A DNA stretch of 64,000 nucleotides, taken from positions 111,478,001 through 111,542,000 of the forward strand of contig NC_058368.1 in the NCBI RefSeq assembly GCF_018350175.1. Reading direction: 5' to 3'. Within the stretch, counting starts at the first letter, position 1; every line of letters starts with the position of its first letter. This DNA comes from Felis catus. Its lineage: Eukaryota. This document shows, piece after piece, positions 25,650-37,604 of the stretch. The translations under genes and the position numbers were made by a program. Below the pieces are notes generated by a model. The model was not told the origin of the DNA. It saw only the letters and a program-made list of their open reading frames with translations, and ran no database searches.

Positions 25650-26520
25650 GTCCACTTCAATTCACCCCAAACTCATCTCAGGAAAGGCATCCCCGCTGAC
25701 CCAGTTGCTCTGTCTGCAACACTAGAGTCTTCTCTGCCTTCTGCCTTCCTGTGCACCCCGGGCTCCAGCAGTGAGTCCTGAGATGGCAGCGTACATAATA
25801 CTTCCTCCTTGTGCCTCTTCTCTTCGATGCCACACCATCCCCTGATCCAGTCCAGTCTAACCTCACCTCTTGCTGGCTGACTGTGGGAAGTAATTCTCCT
25901 GCTATCTGTCACCTCCTCCCGAAGTCGCCTTCCGGTCCTTATTCTTGCCAGCTCCCCACTGGTCTCTTTTCCACCTAGATCTCATAAAAATGTAAATCAG
26001 TTCATATCACTCCCTTGCTCAAAATCCTCCAAGGTGCAGGTTAAAATCAAGGCCCTTACCAGGCCTACAAGGCCCTCCCTACATGGCCTGCCTCCCCTTT
26101 CTGTTCTAGCCATGCTGACTCTGCTGTTCTTTGAACAAACCCTTTCTCGGCATAAGACCCCTGTACTTGACATCTGGGAACTTTGTCCCAGTTTTTATGA
26201 TGGCTCCATTTCAAGGCCTCCAGTCACCACCGCCTTTTCTAACACGGCTGCCATGACTCTCCCTCCCTGACATGACCAGTCCCTCTATCCCCTTTGGCTG
26301 TTTCCTTTTCTCCTGTTTGCTCCTTTCTGATGTTATACTGTCTATGTATTTGTTTGAGCGTTCATTTCTATCTCCCCTACCAGATCATAAGCTTCATGGG
26401 GCCTGGACATTTTCTGCTTTGTGCATTGTTGCATTTTCCCATGCCAAAACAGTGCTTGCTTGGCTCATGGGAGATGCTTAGTCAACAAAGCTGCTTCAGT
26501 GAATCAGTGCACCGATGATA
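25650..26520 (+). mobile_element. Ancient L2 fragment
   Basis: L2-type 3' motifs (AAATCAGTTCATATCACTCCCTTGCTCAAAATCCTCC; CAGATCATAAGCTTCATGGG...TGAAT). Confidence 0.55.
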
Positions 26521-27134
26521 AGGAAAAAGTTATTTGACTCAAGTTTTTTTTTTCCCCCCCCTGGTAAAATCAAAGCCCCTGGCGTTATAGATGCATGAGA
26601 AGACTTTGAATAAGATTATTTCATAAAGTATATAAGTGAGGAAAAAAGCTTAGTGTTCTTCAGAAATAGTTCACTTAACTGATTTTGGGATGTGTGATTA
26701 ATTGATACCTATTAGTAGATATTTGAGTATTTCATCTCTGTTCCTAAAAATTTGGATATTCAGGTTGGCTAGAAAACTTGGGATCTTCTCTTTGGGAAAG
26801 CTTACGTTCAGGTCACCTGACATGTCGAGTTGCTAATACCAGGGCCTAGATGGTCATTCTGTCTGCCAGTCAGTCCGTCATTCTTAAGCGCCCTGGGTCC
26901 AAACTAGCCCCAGGCTTAGGCAGGGAGGGAAGACTCAGAAAGAGGAGAATCAGGCACACTGTGTGTGCACTGTGCGCCTGGGCCTCTGCTTGGGTTTCTC
27001 TGTCACATGGGTGACTTAGGAGTACCCTCCCTCCGACAACGCACACACTTAATTGAGTACCTCAGGCAGGGAGAGGGTGGAACTCCGGGGCTCTGTGGCT
27101 CGGCCTGACTCTCCAACCCTTGGCATCCCTGCAG

Positions 27135-27374
27135 GTCTCGGAGCTCATCTTCGTGTCCATCTATAGCTCTGAGTTCTGCATGAAGCTCTACGTGGACCCC
27201 ATCAACTACTGGAAGGATGGCTACAACCTGCTGGATATAGTCATTATCATCATTATCTTCATTCCTTACAGTCTCCGCAAATTCAAGGGCAAGCACTACC
27301 CCTACCTCAACATTGCTGACGGCATTCAGTCCCTGCGCATCCTCAAGCTTATCACCTATAGCCGTGGCATCCGG
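27135..27374 (+). CDS. CATSPER3: CATSPER3 coding exon 3 (S2-S4; VSELIFVSIY...QSLRILKLITYSRGIR)
   Basis: Inside ORF 27120..27452. Acceptor CCCTGCAG|, donor CGG|GTGAGT, 240 nt. Contains YVDPINYWKDGYNLLD and the charge-poor S4 typical of CatSper3. Confidence 0.97.
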
Positions 27375-27449
27375 GTGAGTGACCTGGGGGGCACCTCGGC
27401 CTGGGAGTGTAGACAGCAGGGCCTATCGGCCCACCAGCCCCAGACAAAA

Positions 27450-27670
27450 TAATAATTCTACTACCATTATCCAGTTACTGAATCCTACCGTGTGGCAGGT
27501 AGATCTTTACCAATATTATCTCATTTAATCTTAGAACAATTGAGGAAAAGTATTATTAGTTCCATTTTGCAGATGAAGAAATTGAGGCCAACAGTCACTC
27601 TGCAGTTAGATGTCACAGATGAGATTTGAAAGGTGTGTCTGACTCCAGTGGCCACCTGAACTTATCCTCT
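27450..27670 (-). mobile_element. MIR fragment; similar MIR cores at about 39120-39300, 42080-42350, 46870-46990, 54010-54220, 54720-54900, 55560-55770, 56760-56940
   Basis: MIR core motif CCATTTTGCAGATGAAGAAATTGAGGC or its reverse complement. Confidence 0.6.
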
Positions 27671-28005
27671 CTCCCATGCTACAAAGGGACTGACGACTTT
27701 TTTTTTTTTAAGTTGTTTTTTTTTTTTTTAATGTTTATTTTTGAGAGACAGAGACAGAGAACGACTGGGAGAGGGGCAGAGAGAGGTGGAGGCACAGAAT
27801 CAGAAGCAGGCTCCAGGCTCTGAGCCGTCGGCACAGAGCCCAACACAGGGCTTGAACTCAGGAACTGTGAGGTCATGACCTGATCCCCCAGGACTGACTT
27901 CTTATGGCACAAACCCTTTGAACTACATTCCCAGGAGTCCCCAGCTTTTTGGTGGCTCTGGCCACTCACTGCTTTCCCCATACAATGAAAAATCTGCTGC
28001 CTCTT

Positions 28006-28049
28006 TTTTTTTTTTTTTAATGTTTATTTATTTTTGAGACAGAGAGAGA

Positions 28050-28106
<57 letters not shown>

Positions 28107-28260
28107 CGGGGGAGGGTCAGAGAGAGAGGGAGACACAGAATCGGAAACAGGCTCAGAGCTGTCAGCACAGAGCCCGAGGTGGGGCTCGAACTCACAGACC
28201 GAGAGATCATGACCTGAGCCGAAGTCAGACGCTTAACCAACTGAGCCACCCAGGCGCCCC
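28006..28260 (-). mobile_element. Can-SINE with expanded (GA)n
   Basis: TSD AAATCTGCTGCCTCTT at 27990-28005 and 28261-28276. Confidence 0.93.
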
Positions 28261-30832
28261 AAATCTGCTGCCTCTTGAAGAGAATAATCTTACAACTTTG
28301 TTCTGGAAGCTCTAGGTGCACCATGTGCAGCTCTTTGGCTCAGAAGGCTCCAGAAAGCCGAACCAAACTGCCCTTAAGTTCGCCCTGGCTCTGTGCCCCG
28401 TATCCATGCTTCTCCAGGAGGGGGCTGCTTTGGACCCATTTGACCAGCTAGGGTGTGTGTCGGCCTATTCTGCTGAGACATTGCCCCCAGCCCCAGCCTG
28501 CGTGTCTGTCTAGGACCTGGGCTCTACACTCAGCAGCCCCAGGCCTGGGGGAGAAAATGAGGAGAATGTTGAAAAGATAGCCCTGCCACAGATTCCCCCC
28601 CCCCCATTCATTCCATGTTCTCATGCAGTCATGTGCCTGTGTGCCCCTCCCAGACAGCGTAGGCCAGTCCTCCTCTCCTTCCCTTCATGGGAGGCTCCTG
28701 GAAAGAGGTATCTGTATTTCTAGTCCCCACTGCCTTACCTGTCATTTGTGCTCTGGCTTCTTTCCTCCAAAGGAACTAGCCTCTCTGAGGTTGCCAACAA
28801 CTTCCTTGTCACCAAGTCTACTGACCAGTTCCACTGGCCTCCCTGTCACCGCCTTCTCTTGGTTTTCCTCCAGCCTCTTGAGCATGACTTGAGTGCTCGG
28901 ATGTGTGCTTTCTTCACCCCGCCCGCAGGTGCTGTTTTCTCGGGACTGTGTCCTGAGTGCTCTTCAGCTCCCACTCTGCATACCCTCTTTGGTGATCTTT
29001 TCCACATTTCAGGGGTCTGCACCCTCCCACGCCTCTCTCTGACCTTCAGACCCACGGCCCCCCCGGACATCTCACGTGCTCCTCAGACTCAAACTTGTCT
29101 AAACTGGAAATCATCACTCTGCCCCACCCTCATCCCCAAAGCCTGGCTCCTCCTCCTGCATTGCGTCTTTTTGTGAAGGGCGCGCCCCACCCCCATTCAA
29201 CTGCCAGGTCGTAAGTTTGAGTGTCAGCATTAACGTCTCTGTCTCAAAGTTCTCTTACATGGCCTCCTACGTAGTTAGTGACCTGTCCACATCTTTTCAC
29301 TCCTACAGCCATCATCTTTTCTCCATCACCACCCATCTTCATCAGGACTCCTGCCCTGGCTTCCCACACTACCAAGAGAGGAGATGCCCCTGCAGCTGGG
29401 GAGAATCTTTAAAGGGTACATCAAATCACAGTGACCTTCCTTTCAAACTGGAGAGTGGCTCCCCTTGTTTGTAGGCTAGAGATAAAGCCTATAATGTGTC
29501 CTAGAAGCGGGAGAGGGGAGTGTCAGAGGTGCTGGGTATTGGAGTCCGTGTCAGATAGGGACGGTAGTAAGGCAGGTGGACAGGAAAGAAGACTGGAGGT
29601 CCTTGGGAGGTGGATGCTGGTTGATGGGCACCTCAGAGTGATGGAACCATCAGAAAGACAGTTGGAAGTATAGTCTAGTTTGTGTAGGTGTTGGGTACCA
29701 AGGGAGCAAGGGCCTAATCATGGTGCCAAGGTCCCTGGGACTGAGGGAGTCGAGGGACAAAGAGGTCTGGGAGATGGTTGATATTCCATAGGGATCCTGA
29801 AGTCTCTGAGGATGACAGCAGGATGGTGTGGAGCCTGGAGGCAGAGATTCCAAGACATGAGGGTGAGTAGTTAGCTAGAAGGCTGGACTTTTCTAGAAGC
29901 AGGGGCTTTGCCCATGATGACAGGGTCTCTCAGGGCAAGACGGGGGATGGTCTCCTGAATCAGGCTGGCGAGGAATAGTCAGCCTTCCTCAAGAGGGTTG
30001 CTGAGGAGTAATGTCCTGTGGAGGAGAGGATTTTCAGGTGAGGTCACAAGAGAGGTCACCATGGACTGGAGGTGGCAGAAATCTGTGGGAGGCATGTGAG
30101 GAAGGAGGTGATGGCTGTGGGCGGAGGGAAAGGAAGCCTAAGGCTGCATGGGGAGGAGGGAAGCAGATACAACAAGGGTCTGGGGGAGGGACAGTGACCC
30201 AGACTGGCACCTTGTGAAGCTGAGGGAATGAGCTATTTGCTGAATGTCACGGTAGCCTGGTCAGAGGCTAAGGCCTGAAGATGCCTGAGGTTTAGGGACT
30301 GGCAGGGACAGCCCATATTCCCAGGGCAGGGATCCAGTGAAGAGAGGAGAGCCCTCCCAGCTGACCAAGGTCTGTCCCAGGACCCACCCTGGATTGCTTG
30401 GTGACTACAGACCTTTGCTCAGCCTTTAGTTCTTGTAGACGTGAACAGAGACACATGGACATGTAGATGGAATATTCGCAGGGACATGTGGCTCATATTT
30501 GACCTCAGGGGTTTCTGTCATTAAGCCAAACTTTGTGTCCCAAAGTTGTTCCCTGGGGACCACCAAGCCACTTGGCTGTGGCTTGCCAAGGCCTATGGGA
30601 TATCGTTGGACCCCAGATCCCTAGGGGCACAGAAGTGACTCTAGATTACACAGCCTCTGTACACGGGCCAGGTGGAGCTGGAGGTGCCAAAGGGAGGGAC
30701 CTGCACCTCTGTGATAATTTATATTCATTGAAGTCCAAACGAGGCTCTAACAGAGCCCTAGCCTCAGAGCCCAAAGCTAGCACTCAGGCCCATCTTGGCT
30801 CCTATCCCCTGATTAATTAAAATGACACTCTG

Positions 30833-31050
30833 GGGGCGCCTGGGTGGTGCAGTCGGTTAAGCGTCCGACTTCAGCCAGGTCACGATCTCGCGGTCCGTGA
30901 GTTCGAGCCCCGTGTCAGGCTCTGGGCTGATGGCTCAGAGCCTGGAGCCTGTTTCCGATTCTGTGTCTCCCTCTCTCTCTCTGCCCCTCCCCCGTTCATG
31001 CTCTGTCTCTCTCTGTCCCAAAAATAAATAAACGTTGAAAAAAAATAAAA
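30833..31050 (+). mobile_element. Young felid Can-SINE (SINEC_Fc-type)
   Basis: TSD AAAATGACACTCTG on both sides. Confidence 0.95.
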
Positions 31051-33024
31051 TAAAATGACACTCTGTCATCCACCGCATGGCAGTAAACCTGTACCATGGG
31101 GAAATAGTTCCTTGTTGTTTTGCACACAGAGAGGTTCTGTTAGCTGGGCACCGGAGGGCCACATTGGAACAACCTGGGAGATGCTGGGGCTTCTTGAAGC
31201 TCATCACTTTCCACACATCAGAGCAGCTGCACAGAAGTGCTCTCTCAAGAGTGGCTGGTCCTGGGTCCCTGCCATGCCTCAAGTTCTTCTCTGTACCCTG
31301 AACGCCCCAGGGCCAGGAGGATGGCTGTGGTTCGACCTAGGGCCCGGGAGAGCTGAACTAGGGACCAGGAATTGCTTCTCCAAAGAATTTGAGAATTCAA
31401 AACCAAGCACCTGTGGGGGTCAGGTTGTAGCTTTGGAAGCTCAGGTCTTTCTTGGGAACGAGCTTCTAGCCTGTGGGGTTCTTTCTGGGCAGCATCTGCT
31501 GGGATTGGATTTCTGTACCCCTGGACTGCAGGCCAAGTGGGACCGCCTGGGTTGTGCTTGAAGAACATCGTCAAGGCCAGCTGTCAGGATTCCCACATGT
31601 CAGGGCTTCTGGAGAGCATGGCTTCTTCTCCACTGCCGTTCTCGAGGCTGTTCGGCTTTGGCCTCAGGTAGCACTGGGCCTCGGGCTGCCCTGGGAGTGG
31701 ACACCCCCCTGGAGCCCATCCTCCACCCCTTCCGTGGTGTTTCCATTCTCCCACTGCCGGATGCCCCTTCCCTGGCCACCTGGGAGGCCTCTTCTGCACA
31801 CTGCGTCGTCCTGTTGCAGCATTTGTCATGAGGGCTTGACCCCTTTGCTCATGGTAGTTCTCGGGAAGGAAGTTCTGTCTCTGTATCGCAGGGAGGGAGC
31901 CAGTTCTTTGCATCTCACCTCTTTGGGAATTAATCCCCAAACACTGACTTTCTTCCCGCAAGGAGAGGCAGCATTCCCCTCTGCAGCCAGCTGTCAAAGC
32001 AGTCCACGTGCAGGGCAGTGCCGGGGCACTCACCTTGCCTTTCTGCTTCCCCAGTTATCCCGAAGTGCCAACGCTTCCCTGTCCTGTGGCCCAGCTCTAT
32101 CCGGCACCTCCATTCCTAGTGTTGAGCCAGTAAGCGGCTTCTTGACTTGGGAAAGGGGGCTTTCGTGGTTGAAGTTGGTGGCACAAGGCACAGGGCTTGG
32201 GAGTTGGTCCTAGGTCTGCTGCTGTATTGGAGCGTGATGCCAGCCAAGGCTTTTTGCTTTTTTGAGACCGCGCTTCCTCATCTTAAAATGTGATGAATGA
32301 TAACATCCACCTGCATTAAAACAGTGTCTGTTGCAGCATGTAGGTAGGTGAACACGCCTTGAACTCCTACTCCTACTCCTATTCCTCCTACTACTACAAG
32401 ACTCCAGGGTGTGGAGAATAAACGGTAAGGAGCCATACACTGTGCTCCCCGGAGAGGTCAACATAGTAGGAGGTCAGACAAATGCCCACTTCCTAGGGCA
32501 AGACTGAGGTCACAAGCCAGAGACCTGCCTGGGGAACAGTACTCGGGGCGAATGGGAAGCCACGTTCCTCTTAGCCTTCATCATTCCCTCCCCTAGGGTA
32601 GCTCCCCAACTCCTTCTGGGCTTGGAAGAGCATTCAGGCCAGCCCTCAACTGAGAAGCAGGGGCGGGACCCATTGGGATGACCACAGAAGCAGGCGGGGT
32701 TCAAGGGAAGTGGTTGGTGGTGCCGTTGCAGACACCCAGGCCCGAGGCAGCGCACACAGTCTGCCCCTGGGTGACTGAGGGTGGAGGCCAGGCATTGTTG
32801 AACCACTATTGGATTGGTCCAGCTCTCAGTCTGGGCACAGTTCCTGTTCGTTCATTCGCTCGTTCATTCACTCATTCATTCCCCCAACCCTTTATGGAGC
32901 ATCTCCTATGTGCCAGGCCTGGCACTGGATGCCGGGGACAGCTGTGGTCGGGCACCCTGGGCCTGTCCTCTGAGCCGCTCCCAGCCTGGCAGCCTGGCCT
33001 AGCCCCAGTGCCTCTGCCTTGCAG

Positions 33025-33207
33025 ACACTCATCACCGCCGTGGGGCAGACAGCCTACACCGTGGCCTCCGTGATCATCCTACTCTTCGTCCTCATGTTCA
33101 TCTTCGCCATCTTGGGCTTCTGCCTGTTTGGAGTTCCAGACAGGGGTGACCCGAATAACTGGGGGAACCTGGCTGTGGCTTTCTTTACCCTCTTCAGCTT
33201 GGCCACG
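33025..33207 (+). CDS. CATSPER3: CATSPER3 coding exon 4 (S5 and pore helix; TLITAVGQT...FFTLFSLAT)
   Basis: Inside ORF 33019..33306. Acceptor CCTTGCAG|, donor ACG|GTACTG, 183 nt. Confidence 0.97.
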
Positions 33208-33878
33208 GTACTGTGTTTGGGAACAGCGGTGGGGGTGGGGGCCTTGAGAAGGGAGTGGGTGTGGGTGTGTGGACAGGCTGGGCCTTCCATGGGGTCCTCC
33301 TCATGATCAGGTACTTAGCTGGGCTGGGTAAGCTGAAGGCTGGCCTCCCGGGACTAAGCAGAGGCCAGGGCCCTGGCCAGGGGTCCACTGCTCTCTCTAA
33401 TCATGTGACTCCCTAAAGCATTCCCATTTGTCCCACAGCGTTATAAAACTTTCAAAGAGTTCTCAAAAGAGAACTCATTTGGATTAAGTTTACTTTAGAA
33501 ATGATGCCCACGTCACATAGGCTTTCTGGGACTAGGTTGTCACAAATCCAGTCAGAATTGGCCGCAAAGCCCAAGTCTAGAAGTGTAGACTCTGGGGTCT
33601 TTCCAGAGGAGGGCCTTGCAGAGAGCCAGTGGCTGTTTCGGAAGGATGGGGTGCCTTGTGGCCCCTTGGCCAGTACTGTCTATGCCTAGTGGTGCCTTGC
33701 ACTTGAGTCCCTGGCCACCATATGTGGGCTGGAGTGGATGGGGGCTGGCGGGGAGAGGCTGATGTGAAGGCAGAGCCAGCTGCATTCTCAGTGGGGCTGG
33801 GGCTCCCCTAGGGTGGGTGAGAAGGAGGCCTGTCCCATTGGGCCTTGGCACTTGGCATGCCCTGCCTTGCCTGAGCAG

Positions 33879-34019
33879 GTCGATGGCTGGACAGACCTAC
33901 AGGAACAGTTGGATAATCGGAACTTGGCTCTCAGCCGGGCATTCACCATCATCTTCATCTTGCTTGCCTCCTTCGTCTTCCTCAGCATGTTCGTGGGTGT
34001 GATGATCATCCACACTGAG
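33879..34019 (+). CDS. CATSPER3: CATSPER3 coding exon 5 (selectivity filter T|VDGW and S6)
   Basis: Inside ORF 33813..34037. Acceptor CTGAGCAG|, donor GAG|GTGAGG, 141 nt. Completes the CatSper TxDxW pore motif. Confidence 0.97.
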
Positions 34020-34382
34020 GTGAGGCTGCACCTGTAAGGACTGGGGGTTGGCTCAGCTGCACCTGTAATGATCGAGGGCTCAGCTGTGGCAGGCGGAGCT
34101 GCAGGCCAAGTCTCCAGGGCCGGGGAGGAGGCGGCCAGTTGGGCCCTCTCTTCCCCCTGAGCCACTGCATTTCCCTGCCTTGGGATGGCAGTCAGCAGGA
34201 CCGGGGCTCAGAGAGTCACTGCAGCCATGGATGGCCGCTTGAGCGGTGGGCTGGCCCTGCATGGAGTATCCTCCTGCTGAGGGACTTTAGTGGCAATGTA
34301 AGACTAGGGAAGAAGAAAGACAGGGTGGGGGGGGGGTATGCAGTGACAGCCTGTATCTTACCTCCATCTTCCCCCTCTCCAG

Positions 34383-34502
34383 GACTCCATTAAAAAGTTT
34401 GAGCGGGAGCTGATGGCGGAGAGACATGTGACGCTCATGGAGGAGAAGCAGGTGATTGTGAAGAGGCAGCAGGAAGAGGTCAGCAGGCTGATGCAGACAC
34501 AG
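34383..34502 (+). CDS. CATSPER3: CATSPER3 coding exon 6 (coiled coil; DSIKKFERELMAERHVTLMEEKQVIVKRQQEEVSRLMQTQ)
   Basis: Manual translation. Polypyrimidine acceptor CTCTCCAG|, donor CAG|GTAGGT, 120 nt. Confidence 0.95.
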
Positions 34503-34867
34503 GTAGGTGATCTCCCCAGGCAGGTGGATAAAGAACAGTCTATGGACAGTCAGGGCTGAAGCAATGGTCACAAAGTGCCCTGGGGCCAGCTCACATCAGA
34601 CATCTCTGGTCTTAGGTAAGGCAGGTGTCTATACCCTGTATTTTCCAGAGTCAGGCTTTATTCTCTCTATTTTTGTATTTCTCTGGATCTCTTAGAGAGT
34701 TGAGTACTGTAATTATAGTTCCTCCCTTCTTCCTGGGCACAACTCTACTTCCAGGCCCTCTGCCCGGAGTGCTTTTGTTATTGAGGCCCCCTGAATGCCA
34801 GGCAGGCACCTGTGTACCCAGTGGATGAGGCCGTGGAGGTCCTGACAGGTGCTGCTCAACTCCAGTT

Positions 34868-34990
34868 TCCCTCCTTCCCTCCATCCCTCCCTTCCTTCCT
34901 TCCCTCTTCCTGCCCTTTCCTTCCTTCCTTCCTTCCTTCCTTCCTTCCTTCCTTCCTTCCTTCCTTCCTTCCTTCCTTCCTTCCTTCCTT
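34868..34990. repeat. (TTCC)n microsatellite in CATSPER3 intron 6
   Basis: Directly visible; the pure part is about 34917-34990. Confidence 0.95.
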
Positions 34991-35055
34991 TTTTAATTTA
35001 GTTTTTTTTAGTTTATTTATTTTGAGAGAGAGTGTGTGTGTGAGCAGGGGACGGG

Positions 35056-35088
<33 letters not shown>

Positions 35089-35207
35089 TCCCAGGCAGGT
35101 TCTGTACTCTCAGTGCAGAGCCTGATGTGGGGCTCAAACTCAAAAACCGCAAGATCATGACTTGAACTGAAGTCAGATGCTTAATTGACTGAGCCACCCA
35201 GATGCCC
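34990..35207 (-). mobile_element. Can-SINE next to a (TTCC)n tract
   Basis: Reverse-complement head ends at 35207. Confidence 0.88.
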
Positions 35208-35727
35208 TGTTCAACTCTGTTTTTTCTCAACTGGAACCGGGATGAGCGCAATGGGCTGGAGATCTTCTGTCAAGCATGATACAATGGGGAAAGCCTGGGG
35301 GAGAGCCGTCTTTTCTCAGCCTGGGCTCTCCAAACAAATCATGCCGAGTCCTGGATGCTCTGCTGGGTCTGAACCCCTGCCCTCCCTCCCCCATGCAGTC
35401 AGTGCATCCCTCCTCAACCCTTCCTCTGAGCTGGAGACATCCGCCTGTCTTGACTGTGACCAGGTTTGTCCAGGGCAAGGTGAGACCACGCTGAGTCGCA
35501 CTTGGGCTCTCACTGGTTCCTGTCTATGTCACCTGTCCTCACATCAGTGATGGTGGCTCATGAGGCTACCTTGGTCAGGGCGGGTTGAGGCTTGGAAGGA
35601 GTGGGGGTGAGCCTGTGATTAAGAAGATCAAGACTTATCCTGGGGCTAGCATCAGGATCCCCAGGTCTCTGCATCTTGGTGTATTGCTTCTTCCTCTTCC
35701 CTGCCCTCTTTATGCTTCCCTCTGTAG

Positions 35728-35885
35728 AAAAAAGGTGACTACAAAAGTTTCAGTGAGCTGGTAGAGAACTTCAAGAAGACCCTGCGGCACACTGACCCCA
35801 TGGTCTTGGATGATTTTGGCACTAGTCTGCCCTTCATCGACATCTACTTGTCCACCCTGGACAACCAGGACACTACGATCTGCAA
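35728..35885 (+). CDS. CATSPER3: CATSPER3 coding exon 7 (KKGDYKSFSELVENFKKTLRHTDPMVLDDFGTSLPFIDIY...)
   Basis: Acceptor CTCTGTAG|, donor CAA|GTCAGT, 158 nt, phase 2. Overlaps ORF 35800..36255. Confidence 0.95.
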
Positions 35886-36852
35886 GTCAGTCCCAGCCCC
35901 GCTGGCCCAAGGAGACCAAGCCTTTCCTAGTCCACAGGCTTCCTCGAGGGTGGGGCCCTGGCAGGTGCCCTGGGAGAGCAGGGGGGCGGTGGCTGATGTG
36001 CAGGGTGAGTGCAGGGAGGCCCTTCTTGGGAAATGCACGACTCCATGTATGCGCAGGGCTTGTGTGGCTGTGGATGGGCCTGTGGCTCAGAGGCCTCTGC
36101 TCCCCTGTCCCTCCCCAGCCTGCTCTGACTGGCCCTTTAGACTCTTCGGGCCCCTCCTCACGACCCCCTTTACAGAAGTCAGAAGAAAGAGTGCTGGTTG
36201 GCAAGGCAGGAGCTGGGGCTTGTGGCCTGGTTCCGACAGCTACCTTTCTTTATGACTCTGGGGAGGTCTCTGCCCCTTCCCCCACCTGTCATACCAGAGG
36301 CTACTGGGCTGATTCTATAACAACAGTGTGCGAAGCTTTGAGTTGGCCCGGCCCAGGGCTGTGCTCTGTGCATTAGCTGGAGTTATACCTGTCTGTTACT
36401 GAGCTGGAAAGAGCCTGGCATGGCACTGAGGAGCCACAGTGGGCTCTTGAGCAAGGAAGGACACAATAGGTTGGTTTCTCGACAAAAGCATCCTGGAGGA
36501 ATTCATGGACTAGAGAAACTCAAAGGAGGGGGTCAGGCAACATCCACTTTTGGCCCAAGAGTGGGCCAGGCAGTGTCTGGTCACCTCCACACGGTCACCT
36601 CACTTACAGCCGGGATTTGTTGTCCTCAGCCTGACACATGTGTTAAAATAACTTACTCTGGGGGCCACAGGCACAGCGGCAGACCCGGATTCCAGCTGCC
36701 CTGATCCGGCCTACAGCCCTTGTCTCCCTTGAACCCATACCTGCCAGGGGTGGTGAATCCATAGGTGCAGGCATGTGGTGGGCGGAGCTGGGGTGGCATG
36801 GAGAACCTCCCCCGCTGAGCTCAGGCCCCCTCTCCCCTGCCTCCACTTTCAG

Positions 36853-36958
36853 GCTTCAGGAGCTGTACTGTGAGATCGCACACGTGTTGAGCCTGATGCT
36901 TGAAGACTTGCCGCTGAAGAAACAGTCCCAGTCCTCTGAAAAGGCCACTGAGCAGTAG
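36853..36958 (+). CDS. CATSPER3: CATSPER3 final coding exon 8 (LQELYCEIAHVLSLMLEDLPLKKQSQSSEKATEQ*)
   Basis: Acceptor CTTTCAG|, stop TAG ending at 36958. The eight exons sum to 1203 nt, i.e. 400 aa plus stop. Confidence 0.95.
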
Positions 36959-37010
36959 GGGGCGTGGGCACCAGGTGCCAGTGTGACCTGCAGGGCGTGA
37001 CAGGCCCCCC

Positions 37011-37016
37011 ATTAAA
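37011..37016 (+). terminator. Probable CATSPER3 polyadenylation signal ATTAAA
   Basis: Common variant hexamer 52 nt after the stop, followed by GT-rich sequence near 37050-37095. Confidence 0.65.
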
Positions 37017-37371
37017 CACAAGCTTTCTGAACTGACGTCTCTGCAGCAACTTTGGGTTCTGGTGTTTCCCCGCTGCTGGGGTTGGGTCTACGTGGGTGAC
37101 CACGAATTCTGATTGCCTGGGCTACTCCCTCCCTCAACATGATATAGCCAGGCCTGGGGAGTGGGGAGAGAGACGCTCAAGACTTGACCTTGGCCAGAGG
37201 CCACATCCAGGGGCCACAGTGGCTATCCCCTCCCTTGACCTCAGCAGCGAGGACTTATTGGGTTCCTGGGAAAGCCACCTCAGGACCCCTAGACCAGGGA
37301 GGGCCTCTGGCAGCCCCATAAGTGTGTATGGCCCCTTTGAGCTGGTGTAACACCACTAATCTTGGAACCTC

Positions 37372-37604
37372 TTTTTTTTTTTTTTATTTATATTAAGAAA
37401 AATTTTTTTAATGTTTATTTATTTTTGAGAGCCAGAGCAGGAGTGGGGGAGGGGTAGAGAGAGAGGGAGACACAGAATCCAAAGCAGGCTCCAGGCTCTG
37501 AGCTGTCAGCACAGAGCCCAATGTGAGGCTCAAACCGATGAACCGTGAGGTCATGACCTGAGTCGAAGTTGGATGCTCAATTGACTGAGCCACCCAGGCT
37601 CCCC
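37372..37604 (-). mobile_element. Can-SINE just downstream of CATSPER3
   Basis: TSD ATCTTGGAA(C/T)CTCT. Confidence 0.9.

Larger units (their letters stand above)
21925..27885. mobile_element. Further Can-SINEs: about 21925-22151 (-), 22340-22538 (-), 22737-22965 (+), 23421-23600 (+, internal deletion), 25407-25611 (-), 27700-27885 (-, truncated)
   Basis: Can-SINE motifs. Grouped entry; coordinates approximate. Confidence 0.85.

Noticed and set aside
31473..32213. 246-aa ORF in CATSPER3 intron 3
   Set aside because: No channel-like or other recognisable sequence, and exons 3 and 4 already join in frame without it.
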